DNA of 63,468 nucleotides, filler included, from Intoshia linei (Eukaryota; Animalia; Orthonectida): the NCBI GenBank assembly GCA_001642005.1. It is 5 parts of 5 records of this genome, joined end to end, with 100 filler letters (N's around TTAATTAATTAA, not from the genome) between each part and the next. Parts side by side here need not be neighbours in the genome. Positions count along the whole stretch, not along the records: positions 26,489 to 54,581 come from LWCA01000430.1; positions 54,682 to 60,141 come from LWCA01001776.1; 3 more parts are not named here. One strand, 5' to 3'. Shown here piece after piece: positions 42,753-55,614 of this stretch. Numbering within the stretch: the stretch's first letter is position 1; every line of letters starts with the position of its first letter. The notes beneath the pieces were generated by a model. The model had not been told where the DNA came from. It was given only the letters and a program-made list of their open reading frames with translations, and ran no database searches. The translations under genes and the position numbers were made by a program.

Positions 42753-43551
42753 TTATTTTGAAAAAAATGGGCAACTTGGGTTTTTAACCCTGAAGTTCTC
42801 AAATTGGGAAAATGAAAATGAATAAAACAATCTACCGATGATTAATTTTAAAGCGTTTTCTTTTTGATCGATATGACCTAAAAAAATGATATAAGTGATG
42901 CAAACAAATATAAAGAAACACGAATGCATTAAAGAATTAAAATATACCTTCAACTGTGACTATTCTCTCTGGTAAATTATCTTCACCTATTTTGCCTATC
43001 AAAACGAAAGCTCTAAACATTTCTTTAATTCTTTTGATTTTTTCTCCACCTGTTCCAATTACTAAACCTGCCGCAATATTTGAAATGAGTAGTTTTATCT
43101 AAAAGTAACGTTGAATAAAATTTTAAAGTTTACTAACTGTATTGGATCTTTTGATAAAATCTTCGTGAAAATGAAAAATTACTTGGGTTCTCATGAATCT
43201 ATAAAATTTTTATTACCTAGACATGTGAAAATAATGCTTTTCTATATGCTAAAATTAATTAAAGTTATCAACTTGTATAATTTTTTAGTCATAAAAAAAA
43301 TATATTGCGTTGTTTTAGTCGTTAATAATAAGTACAATACTTTTACTGATTATAAAGTTATTGCGCGTTGTCATTTTCATTATGTTACACTTTTGAACTT
43401 TGCATTTTATACTAATTTTGATATAAATGACTACAACTTTAGCTGGTATTTTTATTTTTAACATATTGTAAACATTTAAATTATTTGTTTTGTCTGTCAT
43501 TTCACCCTTCAAGATATGGCGAATGTAGGGATTTGTTGATTGTGGTTGCAT
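42753..43551 (-). CDS. KH-domain RNA-binding protein, NOVA/pasilla-like (partial or degenerate)
   Basis: Exon ~42950-43098 reads IKLLISNIAAGLVIGTGGEKIKRIKE..LPERIVTVE|GHIDQKENALKLII, resembling NOVA KH2. Flanking exons are uncertain. Confidence 0.6.
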
Positions 43552-43874
43552 AAATATGAAGAAATAATATAATAATGTATAAATGCATAAATATGTTGCA
43601 GAAATAATTTATATGTCAATTGTTCTCAACCTTTTCACACGTCCGTTGGATATTTTATTTTATCCGCGGCACTTATAAACACATTGTACTAAATACACAA
43701 AAATTTTTTAATTTTTCCTTTCCAAAAATTATTATACACCCTAGATTTATATTTTATGTGGCTCCCCCCTTTTTAACACGTCTGTTGAAAATTACAGATT
43801 TATAAAATAAAATTCCAAATTTTAATAATTTAAAAGTTTATTCATCAATAAATATATTTACATTTATTGTACAG

Positions 43875-45428
43875 TTAAATGATATTCATTGCTTTTGGTG
43901 TTGGCATAAAAATTAGAAATTTTGTCATTAATATTTTAAGAGCCTAAAAAAGGTATAGCTAACATTTAATAATTAACTATAATTGAATGTATTTTCTTTG
44001 TTGTTCAGTATTGAACACGTGAGCTACATTTCTGGCATTAATTTTTTCTCTGCCTTTTCTAGCGTGTATGCCAACCATAGTTACTCCAATAGGCCACGGA
44101 GCATTACCGATTGCCATTTGGACGTATGAATTGTAAGCCTTACATACAATTAATTTAACAGGGTTGGATAACAATTTAACAAATGCTGGTAACTTTAACA
44201 TTTTGCTGGCACTGGTACCAGCAATATAAAAATTTTCAACAAATAATTGACAAAAATTTCAGTTAATCGACCCATAAAATTAAAAAACTATTTTACCAAC
44301 CTTTAAGGGGAAAATCCCCTTTTTCTAATATTTTTAGGAAAAACACGATTTTACCAAATCGGGTTTATTAAAAACTTTTAATTTTTTTATAAATATTTTG
44401 ACAATTTTGTCTGTACACTATTTGAATAGGGAACCACTGGTTTAAATTTTCGACGATACCGCCCGTTCAAATAAAACATCATCAATGAGTCTATCTGTAC
44501 AATAGACATGGGGATAGTAGGGTCAAAATGCTAAATATCGTATTTCCTAGACTAAATCAGATCTATTCACTGCTTGTTTATCGAATCACAAATAATTTAG
44601 TAATAATTTAATAAAGCTCACATTGACGTTGGATATAAATTTAATAAATCACGTGAATATAGTTTCTATTTACGCATTTAAAAATAATTTCAAATAAAGA
44701 TTCGCTTATATCAGTGTGTTCTAAAAATTGAATATATTTTTATTTTTCAATTAAGCAATTAAATAAATCAGTGGTTTAGTCGTAACCACTGGTTGATAAA
44801 TTTGTTCATGAAGGTTTTTATATCAACAGAACGTATTTAGACTTTAGTATTTAAATTATTATACTTCGAGCATTAAAGTACAAAAATTAAATTTACATCA
44901 GTGATTATTAAACAATAACTGTCAAAAACAATTTTATCAAATATATCCATTCACAATATAAATTGTACTAGGATAGCTCCAGGGTCGTGGAGAGTGGCCA
45001 TATGGCCCGGTCCTACAATCATGAGGACTCCTCATTGAGGAGCTCACTTTTTAATTTTTTCAGTATATCAAAATTATCGTATAATAAAATGTTCTATGCA
45101 ATTTCCAACGATTATTTTTCATTTTTAGATAATGAACGCCGATTTAGCAATGTATAGATGTCCCATTTTTTAAAATTTTTTATAGGGCCTACTGATAGCA
45201 CTCCAAGGTCCTGGGTGGCTCAAACAGCCATGTATCACAGTACACTGAAATAAATCATGCTTTTATTATTCCCAAAATTCAAACTATATTTTTAACCATT
45301 CTGAGTAATGGTTCAATATACATGTAAGTAAATGGTTGTATATTTAAAATCCTATTGATTTGAACATTTTTTTCTTCAGTAAATGTATCTTGTTTGATGA
45401 GACTTTGGTCCCATCATTTTTTAATATA
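43875..45428 (-). pseudogene. PRPF18: Pre-mRNA splicing factor 18, C-terminal half, apparently disabled
   Basis: [33 protein letters not shown]...RKYIQ|ALK.LMT. Upstream exons YIEPLLR and DISESL..II. In-frame TGA, no GT donor after KYIQ, and no 5' half found. Confidence 0.8.
44979..45240. mobile_element. MITE (related copy at ~53293-53410)
   Basis: Shared CAGG..GAGAG..GGCCATATGGCCC..CCTA.AATCAT and AAAATTATCGTATAATAAAATGTT. Confidence 0.5.
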
Positions 45429-45541
45429 CTAAATATAATAAAATAAAAAAAAATTTCATGAAATTATAGCTTATTTATATACATTTAAGTTGTTTTGAAT
45501 CAAGACTTTCAATAATGAATATTAAAAATTAATTTCTTTAA

Positions 45542-46065
45542 TTAGGTTGGCAACTAAGTTCTTGCCGTTTTTTAATTATGCAATAGTTACTGGCGATGAA
45601 AAATGGTGCCTGTATCAATATGAAGCAGCGCAAGGAAAAGCTTAGCCCCAATAAAAAGGCGACACCACGCGTGAAATAAGATCTTCATCCGCGTAAAACG
45701 ATGTTATGTGTATGGTGGGACTGGAAGGGGATTATTCATTACGAATTGCTGGAAACAAATCAAACAGTCAATGCGAAACTTTATGTTCAACAGACAGAAC
45801 GATCCAAAACGGCTATTCAAGAAAAGAGACCTAATCGACAGCACAGTGTTCTTTTACTGCATGACAACGTCCGCCCCCATATCGCAAATATGACCAAAGA
45901 AGCTATTCAAAAACACAACTGGGAGGTGATGTCACACCCGCCATACTCGCCTGATTTGGCACCACCATTCCTTGCGCTGCTTCATATTGATATACAGGCA
46001 CCATTTTTCATCGCCAGTAACTATTGCATAATTAAAAAACGGCAAAAACTTAGTTGCCAACTCAG
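45542..46065 (+). mobile_element. mariner deletion derivative with ~96-bp inverted ends
   Basis: IVTGDEKW, MLCVWWD, LHDN.RPH, HPPYSPDLAP. 45542-45637 is repeated inverted at 45968-46065. Confidence 0.9.
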
Positions 46066-46186
46066 TATTTAGATGTTTACAGATAATATTTGCAAAAAAG
46101 ATCTACTTGAGGAAACTACTGTGTGCAATTTATCAATTGCTTATTTGCATTTATTTATTTGTTAATATATTAAAATTTTACATTTA

Positions 46187-46907
46187 CAGTGTTACTCATA
46201 TAATTAAATCTATCATTATTAAATTTATAACGTTTTCAAAGCCATATAAAATTCTGACTTAATATAATGACATATATGATATGATATGACATAACATGAT
46301 ATAACATTCCGTTTTACCTTCGGATTTAATTTCATCGTCGTCTTCATTTGGTACATTGCAATGTACCATGCATTTGTATTATTAAATATTTCATCTTCAA
46401 TGTCTATAATTGCATCATTTTCAGTATAATTAAGTCGATTACAATCTTCAGCACTCACAGGATCAATAATGTTAGCCTTAGAGATAAATTCCTCGTAAAA
46501 ATTGGAATATATTACCTCAGATTTAATTTCGATGGGAATATTTTCGTCCACACTAAACGCTTTTTTAAAACAGTTCACTATCGTTTCCTTTTTTACATCA
46601 CTCCATGCCAAGTGTGAATAAATAATGGCATCCTTTACATTGAGATCCTTGTATGCTATGTATGTATTAACTCCTGTCTCAATTTGGTTGATGATCCCAT
46701 AAAGTTTTTTCTTATTAAATTTTACCTTAAATGAGTGAATTATTGCTTGATCGAGTGGTTAAAGAATACTGGTAACATTTGGAGGTAAAAATAATTTATG
46801 GTAAACTAGTACTAACATATTTTTGTATAAAATTTAAATTTAAGTTAAATTTTAATACATTTTGACAAATTTTTTTAAATTTGTGGCGGTATTGAGAGGC
46901 CTCACTG
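46187..46907 (-). mobile_element. pogo/Tigger transposase remnant
   Basis: FLPPNVTSIL*PLDQAII.SFK and AWSDV...TIVNCFKKA. TA|CAGTG..CACTG|TA ends. Confidence 0.85.
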
Positions 46908-47246
46908 TATTTCATTTTCAATTCAAATAAATTTAATTTGAGATGTAAATTAATTAACGTTGAAATTGATTGATTATCAATTGTTGTCTTCTTGTTGATA
47001 ACACAATTGTTAGTAACTTTAGAGCTAAAAATTTTTTAGTGCAATAAAAAATTGCATTTGTCCACTCTAATTATCATACTAAAAGATCATCAAAACATCA
47101 AATATTGTAATGACAGTTAATTATGTTAATTAGTGATTTCTATTTCTATAGAAATGTTCAAATTGTTACACAACTTAACCATGGATATGATAAATATTAT
47201 CTCAGATAGTTTCTAATTATGGTTAATTTATTATAAAATAATTGAA

Positions 47247-50200
47247 ATGGATTTAAAAGTAGACGAAAGCACTATTAAAAAAGTAACTTTTAACCAAATT
47301 TATATACTTTTAAAATTTATTAACAGAAAATTAGAAATTAGATTAGAAAAATCATAAAGACTGAATTAAAATCTGAAAAATTAATATATAGATTCGCTTT
47401 ATTTTTTATTATTCACAGATATCCCGACAGTGTGACTCATATTATACCATAGATTAAATTAGTATTTCTCTATGGGTACTCCCTGCAAATTTTATGCGTG
47501 TCGCACGAAAAATTAATTACATCATATTTTTTTGACGCAAATAAGTATTTATTTTAAATTTGCAATATTTTCTTGGAAAAGCATATACAATAGTATAGAT
47601 TTTCAGTAAGCACTGATATAAAATGTTTACTATTACATTATGTATATTTTTTCTTGTGGCCAATGGAAAAAAAGTTGTCTAAATTTGGTGTAAAGAGATA
47701 TTATCAAACTTTAATTATATCTATTTTAGCCTAAAAAGTTTTTACAACTTTTTACTGGAGCTTACAAAGAGAAACCTATTGAACTAAATTTTGAAAACGA
47801 TAAAAACGATTACACCGTTAAATTTGCAAAATGCGATCCCCATTTAGTTCAACCCAGTGAAAATGTATGCTTTAATTACAGACATTACTATACTATTTAA
47901 GATAAAATGTTTTATGTGATTGTATTTATTATAGTTGAAAAGTATTAAAATTGTAGAAAATGGTAAAAGTTTAAAGAGAAAAAAATCTCGAAAAGAATCA
48001 GCTAATGAATTATACACAAACAACCAATCTTTCGCAAAATTTTTCCAAGAAATTGATGTTTCTCCGAAAGAATTTTGGAAAATAAATAAACAATCTAAAC
48101 TATCTGAAATTCGAATTATAACCGACACAGTATTTTTAAAATATTATTATGCCTAACTGAATTTGTAGAAAATGGACTGTAAAGTGAAACCTTTTGACCC
48201 CAACTTTGATTTGGTTACAATACAAAACTGGGAACAGGAAATTAATCAAAACTATAATGGCATTGACAAAATAATGAAATGGAAATACGCCGGATGGATT
48301 CCTCACAAAAATATAGTCAACATGAAAAATTTTTCTAATGCTTGTAATTTTGACATAAAATTTAATGTTTATATAAAATTAGATCCTGGGTGTGATGTGG
48401 GTATACGTAAAAATTTTAAATCAAATGTACTGATTACGGACCAAAATATTGGTGACAAAGTTTATCTAAACAATTTAAATAAATGGCACAACATTTTTCT
48501 AGAAGAAAATGAACATTTAGAATTGATTGATCAATACGATCCAAATTTTTTCGAAAAAGAAAACAACATTGATATCCTGGATAAAGACACAATTGTTAAT
48601 TATCTTATTGATGATAACTCAAAATTACTTGAAGCTAGAACAGCAGTTCCCAAAGTAAAAATGGATTCCGTTGAAATTCTCAAAAAAAGACTTGACGCTA
48701 AAAAGGAAATGAGAAGATCGCAAGTTTTATTGGGTAAAGTTGGTCTACTCAAGGAAACTACTTCGCTCGTACAAAATGAAGAAATTACAAATATTAAAAA
48801 AATTGATAAAGACCCTTTCAATTTATCCAATGATGAATACTACCACAAGAAAACTTTTCAAGCAGTGAATAATTTCACCGACAACACTTTACAACACGCA
48901 ATCCCTACTGTTAAATTACGTCAATGTATTTTTCCAACTCACTTGAATTTGTCAAAGTTACGAAATTTTCAACGTCCAAAATTAAAAAATTACCAATCCG
49001 GTCAAATGTCCAAGCATTCCAAAATTTATGTAAAATCTTTGAAAACTCTATATAAAATTTACGATGAAAGACGAAAACTGGAATTGAGTCATGCCGGAGG
49101 CGGGGACTCTATATTTTTGAGAACTTTGGACGATTTGAGTAATAAAGAAGGTCATTTGGTTTTATTTGAGTATTGTGAGCAATTTCCTCCATTTTTAAAT
49201 GAAATTGGAATGTGTAGTAAGATTAAAAATTATTTCAACAAGGTACGTGATTTTTTAATAGTGGTAGAATATATATTTTTAGAAAAGAGGCAAAGATAAT
49301 CCAGAGGACCATAAGAACATGTTTCCGTTTGGTGAATTGACATATACTCACACTTCTCCTTTTCTTGGTAAATTGCGGGATGATCAATGCCTTCAAACCG
49401 TCGAGAATAATATGTACAGAGCTCCCATCTTTCAGCATGAACTACAAAAAACTGACTTTTTAATTGTTAGAAATAAAAACAGGTATTGATATTGACAGTT
49501 ATATTTCGATGAGAATATTCTTAAACCCAACCATTTTTACTACCTTTATTTATTGGTTTGGTAAAACAGGAATTTTCCGTAAAGAGTTTGTAAAAGTGGA
49601 TTTTTAGTAAAAATGGTTGGATTTGAGTAGACACCCTATTTTTATTGTATTTTATAATTTAGTTATTACATTCGTCAAAATGTGTATATTTTTGTTGTTG
49701 CACAGGAATGCCCATTAATGAAAGTTCCTAGTCCAAACTCAAAATCTGCAAATAACTTTTTACGTGATTTTTTACAGGTAAATTTTATTTATTGAATTAA
49801 TATACATTTTAAATTTTAATTAGGTTTATATTTATCGTCAATTCTGGAAAAGTTTGGATGAACCAAAAAAGATTAAAATGGATTTAGTTAGAAAAGCTTT
49901 TCCATTACACTCTGAAAGTATTTTAAGGAAAAGATTGAAATGTTGTGCAGATTTTAAACGTACTGGAACAGGTTAATGTAATTTTAGTATTTTTTTATTT
50001 CTAATTTAGGGGTTGATTCAAATTGGTGGATACTTAGAAAAGATTTCAGATTACCTTCTGAAGATGAAATATTATCTTTGATAACACCTTCTGAAGTTTG
50101 CGGTTATTATTCCATGATTGTTGCTGAACAACGATTAAAAGATGCTGGATATGGAGATAAAAATTTAAACAGTCAACTTGGAGAAACGGATAAAAGGAAA

Positions 50201-52258
50201 AATCAGCAAGACAAGACCAATACATACAACATGTCTTTTGATGAAGACGACGACCAAATTTATCAAATGGAAACAGAAATTAAATGCGCGCCTTGGAATG
50301 TAACTAGTGCTTACACTTCCGCCATGCGAGGAAGATGCTTACTTTCATTAACAAGTGTAGCTGATCCTAGTGGGACAGGAAGATGTTTTTCATTTACTCG
50401 TATTCCCATTAAACCACCAACTAAAGATAACATGTGCAACGATCCCAACAAAATGGTTACTGGAACTGATGCTGATTTAAGAAAATTGCCACTGAAAAAA
50501 GCAAAAGATATTTTACGAAATTACGGCATACCTGAAAACGAAATATCTAAACTTACAAGATGGGAAGTAATTGACGTGGTTCGATGTATATCAACCAACC
50601 AAGTCAAAACTGGAAAAGGAGATTCAAAATTTGCCCGAGGTCATCGATTTTCCATGTCTGAAAACATTCAAAAATATAAAAACGATGCTCAACGTATATT
50701 CCATAGACAAAATGATATATTGGCCTCTAAAAACCCCGTACCAATAGATTATTCTAAAGAGGAAGAAGAAGATGAAAAAATGGGGAAACAATTGGAGTAT
50801 GAATTGTATGGAGATCCCGAGGAAGAAAAAAGAAACAACATTAAAAAATGTCTCAACAAAAAGTTAATTATTGAACGAACTTATTTGGATGATAATGGTA
50901 AAAAATATACTCGCAGTGAAATTGTTAGAAATCCAGTTGTAATTGAAGCGTATAGTAAAATAAGGGATTCCAAAAACGATGACATTTTAAGAAAATTTAC
51001 AACTCTGGATGAAAATCAAAAGGAGGAAATGAAAAAATTGAGAAGACGTATTCAGGATCAACTTCGTCGCATTGCAAAAAAAGAGGAAAAAAGAAAAAAT
51101 AAGATTATTAAAAAGGCAAAACAATCAAAAGAAAATACCACGACGAGTAATCCTCTTAAAAAGAAATACGGAGCAGTCAAAGCCACTTGTAGCGTTTGTG
51201 GGTTAATTGGTCATATGAAGACAAATAAAATTTGTCCTAAAAAAGCACCAGATATGGTAAAACTGGAAATGCAATCCAAAAATATGTCCAATATAGACGG
51301 CATCAAAATGAAAATTAAATTACCAAAATTGTTACCAGAGGAAAATGAAATGACTACAAAAAAAATTAAAAAATTGGAAACTGTCAAGTCTAATGCTGAT
51401 TACTCCAAACCGCCTCAGTCTACCAACAGAAGACGTACCAATCCACTTGTTTCAATGGCCACTATATTTGAACAAATATTGTACAGTGTACGCAACGTGG
51501 AAAATTCATATCCGTTCCACACATCTGTTAATATTAAAACTGTTCCAGATTATTATGATATAATTAAAGTACCAATGGATTTACAAGTCATTCGAACAAA
51601 GATTCGCCAACATGAATATAAATGTCGAGAGGATTTTATCATGGATATGAATTTGATTGCTACTAATAGCCAAATTTATAATGGAAAATCTGGTATATTA
51701 ACTAAAATTGCAGAAAAAATGCTAGAACGGTGTTGTATCGGCATTGGAGAAAATGAAAGCAATCTTATGAAACTTGAAATGGAAATTAATCCACTTTTAA
51801 ATGAAGATAGAAAATATACCTTGGCATTTTTCTTGGAATCTAAAGTTGTCAGTCTAATGAGACTTGTTAAGAATGTAATTTATTGGTTACAACTTTATAT
51901 ATTTTTTTAGTCCGGTGTATTTCATCATAATGTGCCTGCCAAGATGGCTAAAGCTTATGCGGCTAAAATTAAAAACCCCATGAATTTGGATATTCTTTCA
52001 AAGGTTGTTTTTATTTTTTAATTGTTCAATTAATATCTATTTTAGAATATTAAATTGTTCAAGTACAAAAATCGTAAACAGTTTATTGAAGCTATTGATT
52101 TGATTTATACCAATAGTGTTACATATAATGGACCTAATTCTATGTATACCCACATTGCTGAAAGTGTTGTTGATGAAGGCAAAAGAATTTTGATTCAACA
52201 TGAAAGGTTTTTAGATAATGTTGAAAGAGATATTAAAGTCTTTCATGAATCAAAATAA
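47247..52258 (+). CDS. TAF1: TFIID subunit 1 (TAF1), ~10 exons
   Basis: [64 protein letters not shown], zinc knuckle [15 protein letters not shown], tandem bromodomains. The start codon is inferred. Confidence 0.96.
49511..49636. mobile_element. Minimal Mutator-like foldback MITE in TAF1 intron
   Basis: GAGAATATTC..GTAGACACCC. TSD TATTTCGAT/TATTTTTAT. Confidence 0.75.
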
Positions 52259-53469
52259 TAATTATTTAATTATGTTATTTTCTCTTTCTATTTGTAAATA
52301 TGCACCTGATTTATGTCTAAATAAATTTTTTTTATTTTACCAACCAAGTGTGGCTTTATTTAATTTAGCTAATGAATTATTAAATATACATTACTTGGCG
52401 TCTACGAACTACTTAAGACTGTTTGATATACTGCAATTCTTAGTATATAATATGACACGTTTTTAGGAGTCTTATATCTATATTAACCTGTGGCCAAAAA
52501 CAGCTTTTTTTGAGTAAATCGAAAGTAGCCCACGGGGAAAGATGAGTAATTTTGTGTATGTTACGAATATGCTTTTTGAAATCAAAAAAGACCACCCACT
52601 TTTGCTCAAAATGTCCCACAAAAAATGAAAATATTTGGAAAATTGATATTAAATTAAATAATTTGTATTGTGTTAACATTTATGATGTGAAGAAAATTGT
52701 TCTCTATCAGATACAATTTTAAAAATGACCCACCTATTGACAAAAATAGTCCTAAGATGGACTAAACAATAGAAAAAACTATAAATTTATATAGAATATA
52801 TTTATTACATTAGTTTAATCTCATTCAATGGTCCATTATACATGTATTTCAACAAATCTTCCAAATTCTGATTTTCTATAATTGATAACTTATTTTAGAA
52901 TATAATGTAATAATGAACGATAAAACTGTCATTTTATATTTTCTCATAAATTAATGAAAACCGTGAAATTTGGATAATTTGTAAATTAAATTTTATTGAC
53001 TGATTGTTAGTACAATTGTTGTATAATTATAATATAAAATGAATTTTAATTAATCATTAATAGATTATATTTATTACTATTCCCGAAAAGGTGAATGCAC
53101 TGTGTTTATTTTTAAATTGTACTCTTTATATTTGATAACTTTGTTAAATGAAACAAATCTATTTTGATAGATTTTTTTGAGCCATACGACAGGTAACATG
53201 AAAAAGTAAATCAGTCGAAGATTCCCATAATAATTAAAACATTCACAAGTTTGAAATCAATATGATTGTAAATTTAGTCGATATTTCTATACAGGACAGT
53301 TGAGAGGGGGGCTAGGGGGCCATATGGCCCGGGCCTATAATCATAGGGGGTCTACTTTTTAAATTTATTAATAGGTAATGTTGGAAAATTATCGTATAAT
53401 AAAATGTTTTATTAATATTAAAATTAGTGCTGTGTAAATAGCTTATATAATTATAATTATGATTATAGT

Positions 53470-54368
53470 ATTTATGTGTGTTTAGCTTTATTTAAATAAC
53501 TACCCGTCTTAGAATTTTATCAAGTACACATTTCAATTACAGTTTTTGCGGGGGTGTTCGCAAACTTAATTTCAACGTCCCAAATTCACATCTTACGGGT
53601 CAAAAACTCAATGGTCATTTTTTTTGAAAATCAAACAAGTTGGAAAATTTAAAAAAATGTATACACTGATACGAATTTTAAAATCATAAACATTATCATA
53701 AATTTAAATTTCAAAAAATTATATCTTCAGTGCCAAAACCCCAAATTACCTTTTTTTTTTAATGAAAACAGCCCTAGAATTTCAAAAAACAACGAAACTA
53801 AAACAACTTTGTTAATATCATTTTTATATTTATTATTATTTGCAATTTTGGTAAAATTCGACTAAAATATGTTTATAAAGTGACGATTCGGTTAATTATT
53901 GATACATAATTGTTATTTTTAAGTATTTATTAACTTGGCAAATTGGTACTGAATATATATCATCACAGAAAATGGCTAAATAGGTTTTTATAATTTTATT
54001 TTTTCTGGAATTTATGCTATTTATGACCATTTTTAGGATTAGACTGTTTTTACTTTATTTTTAATATTATACACACAATCTGTCTGAACAATTAAAAAAA
54101 TGGGTAAAATCGTTTTTAAAATTCTTTACGCAAATGTTAACAAACAAAAAATTAAGATCAAATAATTCACTTTAAAGTAAAAAGTAATATGATATGTACG
54201 TTTCCACCTGAAACAAGTTTGGGAACCACTCCTTTAAAGAATTTATGATAGTGAATAGTACGATTATTAAGTTAGATTTTCAACGTGAATTTATTTTTTA
54301 ATTATAATAAAAATGTACCTTCGGCAGAGCTAGATCCTGTTTGTACGTAGTACATAACAGTCAACCTA
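53470..54368 (+). mobile_element. Non-autonomous Helitron, long copy
   Basis: Family 5' block. 3' hairpin GTTTGTACGTAGTACATAAC and CAACCTA(T) end. Confidence 0.7.
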
Positions 54369-54681
54369 TTAGGTCGTTTCATAAGTAATGTCGTTTTTAT
54401 TGTAACTTTATTATAAATCATTATATCTTTACGAATATTTACTGTAAGTGCGTTATTTTTTTATTTTTACGAAATATGGACAAAATGTGTATTCGATGAA
54501 AGAGTAATTTCCGATGACAAACATATATTTAATTAGTATTTAGAGAAACAAGTTGGATTATTATGATGGTCATATCAGACANNNNNNNNNNNNNNNNNNN
54601 NNNNNNNNNNNNNNNNNNNNNNNNNTTAATTAATTAANNNNNNNNNNNNNNNNNNNNNNNNNNNNNNNNNNNNNNNNNNNN

Positions 54682-55050
54682 TATTTTAATCGAAATATTG
54701 GTTGATAATATATTAAAAATTATTTTTCATCGGGACTGCAGATTTCTCGGGTTGAACTTTTGTATTTATATCAACTGGAATAAGCTCTATCAGAATAATT
54801 TTTTTTTTAATTTTTCGGACCGTTAATTATTCACATTTTTTGTTTTAATAAAAAAATACTACGAAAAAAAAATGCATACTAAAATGCTTTTTTGACCGTG
54901 AAGTCGTCATATATTCGGATTGAAATTTTTAGTGTGTGTTAACAGGATACAACTGTACCAACTGTAAATTTTTTTAAATTCTAGGGCTATTTTCATTAAA
55001 AAAATCACACACACAAACAAAAATCGCGTAGCATATTATATAAGTAAGGA
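54682..55050 (-). mobile_element. Helitron 5' part (cut by gap)
   Basis: Reverse TCCTTACTTATATAATATGCTACGCG. Confidence 0.7.
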
Positions 55051-55614
55051 CTACATTTGTAGTATCTTTAAAAGTAGATAATTAAATTTGTTATTATCAA
55101 AAAATAAGTTATAAATTACTTTTTGTAGATATAAAGTTTTTATTGTATTTTAAAATTCAGTTTTAAATAATTTTCGCGTAATCCTAGTTCTACGAATAGA
55201 CGTGAATAACCCCATTGCAGAAAATAATTTTTCAACTAGTTTCAACGTTAGTTGCAGGTATTAATAATTTAATTATTTATTTAATCCAATTTTCCAATGC
55301 ATTGATTGAAAAATCAATCTGATTGGCATAATTAGTAATTTTTAAAAATAAGTTCACTCCTAAAAGTACTGAGTTTAAAAATTTCAGTAAAGGTAAAAAA
55401 ACATTTCAGTAAAAGTAGAACCCAGTAAAAAAATTCAATAACTTAGTAAAAGTAAAACTCAGTACTTTTTACAAAAGTTGAACACACTAGTTTCCAGCTG
55501 GGTAGTTTCGGCTCTGCTTAGACAGGTGAGTTTTGGAAATTAGGGATACTTTTGGAATAATTAATTACTATTGATAAATTTATTGAAAGTTTCAAAACCA
55601 AAATGAATAATTAC

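Noticed and set aside
28485-45428. Stop-codon reassignment to explain in-frame TGA/TAA/TAG
   Set aside because: All three stop types occur together with frameshifts, and the long TAF1 exons translate cleanly with the standard code.
52218-52679. ORFs after TAF1, including a KTTHFCSKC stretch
   Set aside because: Interrupted by stops; at most a decayed zinc-finger or transposase scrap with no supportable identity.
52808-52880. Minus-strand LEDLLKYMYNG, BTB-like
   Set aside because: Too short and could not be linked to other exons.
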